In this document: positions 56,001 through 64,000 of the stretch, piece by piece
Position numbering within the stretch: position 1 is the first letter of the stretch
Layout of the letters: the number at the start of each line of letters is the position of its first letter
Origin: Tubiluchus corallicola
Taxonomy: Eukaryota; Animalia; Priapulida
Assembly: GCA_030141605.1 (NCBI GenBank)
Contig: JAQGDQ010000003.1
Location: 1,860,001-1,924,000, forward strand
Direction: 5' to 3'
DNA length: 64,000 nt
Position numbers and translations under genes: made by a program
Notes under the pieces: generated by a model
Database searches by the model: none
What the model was told of the DNA's origin: nothing
The model's input: the letters and a program-made list of their open reading frames with translations, nothing else

Positions 56001-59000
56001 CATGTGATAACTACTTAATTTTGTCACATATCAAAGCCACTTGACTTACCTTACTTGTAATAATAATTATAGAACCTGTAATTAAATGTAGTGTTTGATT
56101 TACGTGAAGTGAATGGTCCTCAGCTCCAGCTCACACATAACAACCAGATAAATTACATTGAAAACCCTACTGTGTTGTTGTTATTGCAGATATTTGTTAT
56201 GTACAGCAAAACTTCTGTATTTTGCTACAACTATCACACCTGTAATTAGGAATTTTGGTGAATGATTTACCTGAAATAACACTAATCCACAGAAATTATG
56301 GGAATACATGAAAAAGACAAACATGTACAGTTATAAAATAGGTACAATAGGTAAACACAAAGACCTGACGTCTGTATATGTAATGTCTGTGAATGGGGGC
56401 AACACATTTTCTACCTACACAATGTTATACCACAATTATTTGTTGTGGGTACCTGAAATGATATTCTGAAAACTGCTTCAATACAGTACAAGTAGCATCA
56501 AGGAAATGCCAACATTTTACTTTTCACTTATTATTATACAGCTGTGGCATAGCATAGTGATAGTAATGACAAATATCATCAACAGGTAAAAATCACCCCT
56601 GTAATTATCAATGTTAATGATTTATGTGTTCAAAACAAATTTTACAATACCGAAAGTGTATAAGCCTATTTAATACCGCACAAGTTTACAATGATGTAAA
56701 CTGCATACAAAAATAATTATAGTTGACGTTATAGTCAGAAAATGTTGGATTTGCATCACCTGTAATTACATTGATTTGTTAGTTTACCTGGAGCACGTGT
56801 ACAGCAGTGCACTTAAATAGCTGATTATTTATAAAACGAGCCTAGACATTTTCCAAAGCTTTTTTACTTTTATTAGTATTACAGAGCAACGCTTCTAATC
56901 TTCAAACCTGTAACTAATTATCTTAGCTGGCAAAACACAAACACTCCAACGCTACTCCCACAGGTATTTTTGTTTTTAAGTTATAAGTGAAAAGGCATGA
57001 AAACAACATAAAATTAGTTACATAAACAAGTCTCATGTGATAAAATTAATTATTATAACTTACCTTTAATTAAATTAACACGAGTAGCATAGATAGATAA
57101 CAAAGTTGCTCAAAATTCGTCAAAAATAAGTTCATTGAGTGTACTTGCATACATGTGGCAAGAAAGAGAATTATACTTTATGGTACTCTCCCAAACCCTA
57201 TAGCAGCCAACACCTTCCTCAGCTGCTATGCAGATTTACAGAAAATTGTAACACAAACTTTGAAAGCCATTTTCTCCCAATTTTAATTTTGGTTTTTTCG
57301 TCATCCGCTCTACTATAAATGCCAATATCTTGGCTCAGAAACAACATAGAGAGCTGAAACTGGTACCAAAATAATGAGCACGAAGAGGGGGAATAAGAAT
57401 GTGCATATAGCTAAAAATTGATGCCTAGCACACTACAGTCAGTTTTGCTGTGCAAGAGCACATCTTTTTCGCAATAATACTTTGAAATGCAAAGAATGAA
57501 AACTTATAAATAGAAATGACAAGTAATAACAACAAACAAAAATGATTACAGAGCGCCTTTCACAAATCACGTTACGAATAGGCATTTAACAGGGAGAACA
57601 ACAAGTGTTTGCATTAAGCAATGCGTTTAAACACTTATCCACTCGATACCTAACTAATGGCTAACTAAATTAACCCGGTTTAATTTAAAGTAAAGTCACC
57701 AAATAATAATTTTTTTATTTAATGTGCGAAAATGGATAAACTATATAAAAATGCATATTGCATTTTTATAAGCACATAATACTACCTGCATGCTCAAAGT
57801 TTCATAGAGTAATACAGCATGTATATATATATATATATATTGTAAAAATAGTGCAAGTATTACAGTGACAAGCATTTTTGGGAGAAAATTTCAGCCATTT
57901 TGTCATGTAAATTCTGTATGTCAACAGCAATAATTTTATATTATGGTGTGTAGCTTTATTGTTGGGTTTGAAAAGCTTGCTTAGAAACTTGAAATTATTT
58001 ATTATTACAGTAACGCACTTCCTTTTATTATTCTACAGTACTTCCATTTGGTAATTGAGCGACTGCATCAGCAAACTTAAGTTGTAGTTCGGTTGAGCAC
58101 AAAGTTCGCACAGAGACCAGTTGCAGCATGTACTGATCCTGTGTACTTGAATTGTACGATCAGAAGTGCATAAGTGAATATGGCACTAACAATCTGAAAC
58201 ATAAATATTATTTCACATATTTAAGTTTTGCTTAGGCAATTGAATTATCGTTATGACAGCTTGTTACTACTGAGCCATTGATAGTTATAAAAAACACAAC
58301 TTGCTACGTTGTTTTTATTATACTATAGATTCAAAATACATTTTAATTGCTTGAGTGGCCTATTCTTTCTCATGTTTTAAAATACAAACCTTTTAAAATT
58401 TAACCATTCTAACGTACAGATATATTCAGATAGTTAAACAATGATTATTGGATATTTTAATTTTCAGTTTTCTGATTTAACTGTGCTTGAATGTATTCTA
58501 TTTTCTTGGCTACAAAAGCGCCATTTCATTTCACTGGTTTGTCTAGTGCCTACAAATGAAAAAACTACCAAACATATTTATTTTTTTCACTTTTTATTCA
58601 CCACCTCCTATATTCCATCTAATATATATACTTTACTATTTGCATGTATAATCAATACTGTTAAACATCATTTGTATTTTTCTGCTTGTATTATGTGTTT
58701 GCTTTTGTTTTCTGCAAATGTTAATGCATTGTAATCTAAACATACATGCAAAGCTGTCATGCACATTTACAAATTGTTTTCATATATATTACGTCAGCAT
58801 TTGCATTATACTCATTAACAGAGATTGTATGCCAATATTTATTATGCTGTGTATGATGCCATTATACTAATGTATATATCCATAAATCAATTACGAGTTC
58901 CTGAGTGACAACACAGCTAAGTGGTCACAGCATGTGCTGGGTAACTGAGGTTAAGCACTGCTGATCTTGGTTAAGGTACCTTTGATGACACACATGAAAT

Positions 59001-62000
59001 TCTGTTCATACGGCGGGTTGATCAGCCATATTGCTACCATCGATTTTTCTCAAGGGAGTGCTATATAATTTATATATGTATCAGAACATACAAAACATCT
59101 CTCCCAATTCATTGTCTTATCTTAGATGATCGTTTTTCATAACTAAATAGTTTCCGGTGCTGTCAAAACCACCAGTGCAATAAGGAAGTCGTGCATTTAA
59201 GTGCTGAAAACTGAATTGCAGTATGTCAAACTGTATAAAAATATTAAATTAGCTTTCTTATTATGTCACCAGATAACATTTGTGCTATGCAATAACAATA
59301 TGAGCAAAAATTTTCAGGATTTCCGTTTATAGATTGTAGCTTTCTCTGTGTCTGCATCTTGTTTCAGATTTTTTTCCTTCATTTTGCAAATTCTATTATA
59401 GTAATATGCAAAATAAATATGATCAATATTCATGTAAAACTTACAGTCACTACAAGACTTTTGTTGATGAAGAAAAATCCATTTGCTGTGAATCCAATAG
59501 TTGTATTATTTAATCTATCTTTGAATCTTTGTATCTAGAATGGCAATCGATACATCAATATAAAATACACGTAAGCTAATTTGTAACAGGTTCTGTCGGA
59601 TATGTTACCAAATTAAATACGGTTTTAAGTTAAATAACCAATTCAAAGATAAGTATACTGTAATAAGACTTTATCTAGAAATGTAATAGTGGGTAGAAAG
59701 ATTAGTAAGTTTTATTTTGAAAGTTAGAAAAATACATACACAATATACTAAACAGTACAAGTAACATAAAAAAACAGTAGAACATTGTGGAAAACAAAGC
59801 AATGAAAATCATGAATCGGTAATAAAAAAACATTGGGATGGTCATCATTTTTTCCTACGTTTGATTAAAAACCACGTTAGTGTCACAGTTGTCCACCAAC
59901 ATTCCTCTGTGCCGAGTAACAGATGTGATACTAAGATAAGGGACGTATTAGCAGAAAACCTTTTTAAGGTATCTCACATTTGAGTTCTGTTATCGCTTCT
60001 GATTACTGTCAGGCATCGACAACAATGTAGCTTTTTTAGTACTACATAAGTAATAGATCTTTATCGAATTTCCCCTTGGTCTTTATGGATAATACTTTGG
60101 TGATTGCTATATTATTTCACTCTAGTAGTTTTCATTCTATAATGTGTGAAGTTAAATTGTGTACTGTAAACAATTTACATTACATAACATTATCAATACA
60201 TTTTTGTTAAAATGGTGATGACTGATGAAGTACTTTTGCAAGAAATGAACAAACAAACCTGCATTTGTGTTTCTGTGCCACTTGGTTCATATCTCTTTGA
60301 GTAAAACAATACAGTTGGTAAATGCGCCTGAAACAAATTGAGTTATCACAATTCACCTTACATAGAAAAAGCATATTCAGTTGCAATATAGTGGTGAGTT
60401 TGACAAGCTGTGATAATTTGAATTATTTTTATTTGATGCAGAAATTTTTTCACAGGAAGCCTATTTGCACACATTAAGTAATTTGAACGAGCAAAAAGAA
60501 ACACCTTACCTGTTCGTGAATTTTTATTGCACACCTAGTAATCATAGCAAACAATGTAAATTCAGTAGTAAAGAATAGAGTACGACGGGCAGTATCCAAA
60601 ACATCACCAGTTGTCAGAATCATATTCACAAAGTAATAAAAGATGAGGCAAAAAAATTGCACGTCCATGAGAAACAAAACCAAGAAAAATGGACCAAATA
60701 TGGCGTCTGACTCGAGGACAACATCTGCAAGCTTCTTGTGGTATTCGATTAGCGATATAATGTCCCGATTACGTTTTGTTTCAACATTGTGGCTAAAATT
60801 ATCTCGGTGGTAAATGTTGCGCAGATATGGACTGCCTGCATTTATTTCATCTGGTCCAGATGGGATGGGAGAAGGAGCCTCTTGCTCAACGTACATGCTA
60901 CTGCTATGGTTCTGCGTAATGGGCACAACATTAAGTAAATGTTTTAACTCATCGTTTATCACCGAAAAAGCTTTAGCCATTGGCATCATTATGATCAGTT
61001 GAAAAACACGAATGAGCACTCTAGTTATTCGTCCATACAGTGACAAGATGGTGTCTATTACATCAAAGAAAATGAACCACGGTAAAGTCAAATCATTTGT
61101 ATCTACAGGCCAGCTGATATACTCTTTAACATTCTGGCCTCTTAACTTTGGTAGTATTTCAACAATGGGTATAGCAATTATTTGAATGACAACAAGATAA
61201 ACAATTATCAAGATATTTCCATATTTTCGTAATTTCAGTATGTAGTCCTTGGGCAATGGCAGGTCGATGCTTTCCGCTATGATACAGTTAATTGCTCGCG
61301 TCGTTTCTTCGACATTAACTAACATTGCAGCACTCACAAAAGCATTCTTTATATGGTGACTCAGTACTTTGCTGTAGAATATTTCCTGTTCATTTTCTTT
61401 GGAAATGCTGACTATTATGGTTCCTACTAACTGAAAGCATTGGTACACGAGGAAAACAGTGAGGATACACTGTGATACAAAATACCACTTCTGCTTTGTT
61501 TGATTCTTCGAAGCCATTGTATATGGCAGTATTAAGGTGTAACGGCAAAGGTTGATTATTTTCTTGTACATGTCTTCCGCGGTCACCAGCCCACGTTGTC
61601 GCTCCACGTCCATCTCTGTATGAACCCTCATTCTTACTGACTCTTTGATGTAACGCATATACTTTTTAGTTACTTGTGCTTTTGTGTCAGCGTGCTTAGC
61701 CTTTTTATCCACAATACAAAAGCTTTTTTACGGTGTAGTACCTTCAAAGGGTGTGTTAATAATCAATGTTTGACTTTGTGATACCTGCCACTCTGGCTTC
61801 TGCACCTGTTTACACATATTGATGCAGGGACAATATCAGCTATTTTCTGTTTATATTGGAAATTCTGGAGTATTGTGGCCTTTAACAAAGAGCTGGGTCG
61901 GCTTCATATGCTTGATTAGCGACATTTCTCTGCATGATACGTCGTTAAAATGTTTTTGTGTTTAAGCCACAAAGAGCTGCAATGCAATTATACTTTTGAT

Positions 62001-62403
62001 AAAAATTGTTCGTTGAGCATTTTAAACTGCCAAATTTCTTTAGTTTGTTATTTTCTGAACTATTGATCTTTTTTATTTTTCGGATGCACTCAATTTATGG
62101 AATTCTATTATTTCTTTTCACAACACTTTTATGCAGTGTTTATCCGGGGGTAACTGAATGACTGGTTTTGATCAATAGAACCCTGCTGCTGTTTTATGCT
62201 TAAATTTTTTGTTAGTTATCGTTATTTTCGATTATTCAGATTGAGGAATTAGAAAATGAGTTGGAGCGCAGAGAGAGATTCTTAGCACGGCTGGAGTCTG
62301 AATTTTCTGCTGTTAAGTCAGAACTTAATGAGCTGAAGAAAGAATTTGAACTCAAAGGCCATGAAGTGACACGAATTCGCAGTGAGGCTAACGAGCAAAT
62401 GAG
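30139..62403 (+). CDS. FAM184A: FAM184-family coiled-coil protein (FAM184A/B-like), 16 coding exons in the window, 3' end beyond the window
   Basis: The N-terminal signature DLHVKMSKKIAQLTK|VICALNTKNDE matches the FAM184 N-terminus. Exons, all AG/GT-bounded and phase-compatible: 30139-30279, 32038-32184, 32596-32801, 33391-33771, 35077-35257, 35443-35563, 43661-43842, 44253-44459, 48161-48301, 51047-51193, 51881-52002, 52681-52831, 53372-53584, 53875-54028, 54215-54363, 62240-62403. Total 2807 nt, stop-free, E/K/Q/L-rich heptad pattern. A versus B paralogue cannot be assigned. Confidence 0.9.
30776..30920 (+). repeat. Dispersed repeat, copy 2 (copy 1 at 28471-28613)
   Basis: Same-orientation match to 28471-28613; preceded by a short (TA)n. 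Confidence 0.85.
31136..31430 (+). mobile_element. Possible PIF/Harbinger-like non-autonomous element fragment
   Basis: Starts GGCACATTCACACTAG, with internal repeats of cacactag/cagactag and aactcgc; CpG-rich relative to the intron. The matching second TIR was not found. Confidence 0.35.
36867..38365 (+). mobile_element. Helentron/HINE-like non-autonomous element with an internal degenerate ~200-bp tandem array
   Basis: CCATCnTGGATC with upstream gagctga..attct..cac recurs at 37379, 37571, 37774 and 38047. The right end has tgacctttga, ggacggac, an imperfect hairpin (tcccagac...gtcaggga) and an A run. Left boundary approximate. Confidence 0.45.
39880..40400 (-). mobile_element. Degenerate RTE-like LINE ORF2 C-terminal remnant
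   Basis: Broken minus-strand frames give KQIQLRRLHHTG, then QLLTYIDILQKDL, then QQLADRSAW, in the order of the RTE-clade motifs RRLRWAGH ... RYKDTLKRDL ... LAxDRxxW. Confidence 0.55.
42801..43560 (-). mobile_element. Non-autonomous Helitron, 760 bp, both termini intact
   Basis: Minus strand starts A|TCTTAATATATAAG and ends CGCAAAATCTTTTGCG-GGGCCTTTG-CTAG|T: 5'-TC, subterminal hairpin, 3'-CTAG, inserted at an AT with no TSD. Much more GC/CpG-rich than the surrounding intron. Confidence 0.85.
44830..45135. mobile_element. Palindromic element with tRNA-like arms, shorter and more decayed copy
   Basis: Right arm ttggccagctataag...tggttcaaatccaggttgtattccaactttttcacatttc and left arm aaatgtgaaaagtcggaaaatagactgg match the arms of the 52016-52590 element. 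Confidence 0.6.
45485..46147 (-). CDS. Secreted C-type lectin (signal peptide, coiled-coil neck, long-form CTLD), 220 aa, nested antisense in a FAM184 intron
   Basis: Hydrophobic N-terminus; CTLD motifs TWSDAQNSC..GGFL, FWVGG, WSWVG, YTNW..GEP, C, WNN.DC, YICE. Splice acceptor ctcatag just before the ATG (exon starts 46153); AATAAA on the minus strand at 45444-45439. Confidence 0.93.
   Translation of the reverse strand: MIRLMYVTFITMSLSIVYAAANTDIVPIQLATKDDILDLEKKIETVNKSCASPNQSAIVQNLLVEISKLNTELEQMRTLVHHAQDIASCESRGFILLDGQWCIRLFTDRMVTWSDAQNSCEAKGGFLVGLESSQKQFAINAHLLSKHYSSAIFWVGGRRDSAGKWSWVGSKKPILYTNWDEGEPTDNEIESCLEIALHNTYQWNNIDCDTTSIGRYICEI
46209..46915. mobile_element. Non-autonomous hAT-type DNA transposon
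   Basis: Termini TAGGGTGCCA ... CAGCAACCCTA; 8-bp flanks accagatg / atcagacg (6/8 identical, decayed TSD); subterminal gggaca/tgtcc motifs; internal A-rich degenerate repeats. Confidence 0.7.
49340..49880 (-). mobile_element. L2/CR1-group LINE reverse-transcriptase remnant
   Basis: Minus frame SILQLQYLLNICENFALESDIYYNSDKSK and NCIIRRFRCSVDVKRRLFVVFCTQFYC resemble the post-YADD RT region and thumb region of L2/Crack-type LINEs, with internal deletion. Confidence 0.7.
50046..50086. repeat. (TA)n microsatellite
   Basis: About 20 TA units. Confidence 0.95.
52016..52590. mobile_element. ~575-bp degenerate palindromic (foldback/MITE-like) element with a tRNA-derived cassette in each arm
   Basis: Ends TAGCATTT/AAATGCTA; the arms align as reverse complements along most of their length. 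Left arm (minus) AAAACACCTGCCTTGTAAACAAAAGATCCCTGGTTCAAATTCAG matches the window's tRNA-Thr at 34/44 positions. Right arm has A box TGGCCTAGCGA and B box GGTTCAAATCC. Confidence 0.7.
58077..61658 (-). CDS. Gustatory receptor-like (GR/GRL, 7TM ion channel superfamily) protein, ~474 aa, nested antisense in a FAM184 intron
   Basis: Exons 61658-60510, 60327-60259, 59534-59445 and 58193-58077; all introns GT-AG and phase 0. Multiple TM segments; C-terminus IGFTANGFFFINKSLVVT|IVSAIFTYALLIVQF carries the family FTAxGFF and TYhhhhhQF motifs. Start taken as the first ATG. Confidence 0.92.
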
Positions 62404-63077
62404 GTAGGTAACAATGAGCACTCATTGTTTGTTCGCCTTTTTTCAAATTTTAATAAATTAAAGTAAAGGAAATTTACACAAACAGTGTACTACTGATAAA
62501 AATTGCACAAACTTATGTAGAACTTAGTACAAAAGTCTCCTAGTGCATGTTTGGTCATTCATTACTATTATTACATTAACGTATTTCTTATTAGCATAAA
62601 TTAAATTATAAAATGGGAATTTATTAAATTGTGGCAAGGCACTTATTAAAGGGGAGCAATTTTACAAAGCAAGGTTTTAATCCTACTGTAAATGTTTGCA
62701 ACATTATATTACGGCCTGGTCAGCTGGTTATTAGATTATTGAATTGGGTCTTTATTAAATTAAATTTTGTCTTCATACTGATCTGACCTTTGACCTTGTG
62801 TCTGCAAACAACTCTTCAAAAAACATTGCTAATTTATTGCTTTTGACCTTTCTTATTCAAACTGTGCTAATGTGATATTTGACTTTTCGACTTCTTTTTC
62901 ATATTAAATGCAGAATACTTTAAAGTGAATAATCTTGAAAAATCTGGAACATGGGCTTCAACAGCTGTCCGAGTTTTAAAGTGAATGCTACCTGTATATG
63001 TGCCATTAAGGCATATGGCATTGACATTGGCCTATGAGGTGAAGTGAATGATCTCAAAAAGTTTATTAGAAGGGCAT

Positions 63078-63182
63078 GTGACATTTGGGCACAGCCATTT
63101 GGATAAGGGACATTTGGGCATAGGACACTTGAGCGTGAGACATTTAGGCACTGGACACTTGGGTACGACATATTTGGGCACA
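63078..63182 (+). repeat. Short tandem array of GACATTTGGGCA-like ~15-bp units (probable DNA transposon subterminal repeats)
   Basis: About 7 degenerate copies: gacatttgggca, gccatttggata, gacatttgggca, gacacttgagcg, gacatttaggca, gacacttgggta, catatttgggca. Confidence 0.75.
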
Positions 63183-64000
63183 AATAAAATTTAATGTATC
63201 TAATTTTTTGTTTTTTTATTTTTTAAATTTTTAGTGACTCACTGTAGTTTCTAACTCTCTGAATATTTTTTAATAATCATGTCTTCGCTAAATTAAATGT
63301 ACGCATTAATATATGATGTAACAGTTGAAACCAGACAATTGATTTTGCACTTTCTGGTTTTTGAACCGTTTTTCACCTTACTTCAGTACAGCTTTTAAAA
63401 TGAACGAAGCAGAAGAAGAGACTGCAAGTTTAAATTAGCACTTTATAAAAATACGACAGCATTTTATTTCAAAAATATCTAGTGTATCACAAAAACAGTA
63501 AATAACAGAAATGTGTGTCACAAAATTCTATCTAATACTAGCTAATACAGCAGTTTAACTAGTATTATGTAACAATACTATATTCATTGAACCTTGGTAT
63601 TCTTTAGATGAAACCAAATTAGAATGTGCTGCTTAGTTCATTAGTGCTTATACCCAACTGTCTACTAGAAAACAACTAGCTAGATTAACTAGTAAACTAG
63701 ATAAGTGATGTACACTTATCAATATCGATATCAACAATAATTATAAGAATTTTCCTTGTATGTATCTCTTGTGAAATCCATGATAATATTGTTATCAGTT
63801 CAGCAGCAGTGTTTTTAAACTAAATGAGTTATACTATAATATATAATTGTTTCCAGTTTTATCCAATCATACTTACAAAAACAATTATTTTTTCTTGCCT
63901 AAACTGTTAGATATTTTATTATAATAATCAGGCAGTGGACGACGATTCCCACAAGCATTTTAGCTCATTAGGCAGTGTGATTTTCAGCGAAAAACAAAAA

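Noticed and set aside
60474-61712. 412-aa single-exon ORF as the full receptor
   Set aside because: It begins at GTG and reads through the donor at 60509; the real C-terminus is in three downstream exons.
63078-63182. CRISPR-like array
   Set aside because: Eukaryotic context; the units are directly tandem and degenerate, with no unique spacers and no cas genes.

Overview
AT-rich eukaryotic (invertebrate animal) genomic DNA with GT-AG introns; most ORF-track entries are spurious. Two genes are transcribed divergently. On the minus strand at the left end are the first two coding exons of an EVA-1/SUEL-lectin-like gene (4265-4226, 790-699), which continues off the window. On the plus strand is a FAM184-family coiled-coil gene with 16 phase-compatible coding exons traced from 30139 to 62403 (935 codons), which also continues off the window. 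Two intact antisense genes are nested in FAM184 introns: a secreted C-type lectin (46147-45485) and a 4-exon gustatory receptor-like 7TM ion channel gene (61658-58077) with the TYhhhhhQF motif and three phase-0 3' introns. The ~25 kb intergenic region holds one tRNA-Thr(AGT), a tandem pair of tRNA-like units and several near-perfect foldback inversions. Mobile elements include a young non-autonomous Helitron, a hAT-type element with a TSD, LINE remnants and a Helentron-like element. The most unusual signal is a repeated palindromic element whose arms each carry an outward-facing tRNA-like Pol III cassette. All calls are by eye; no database searches were run.
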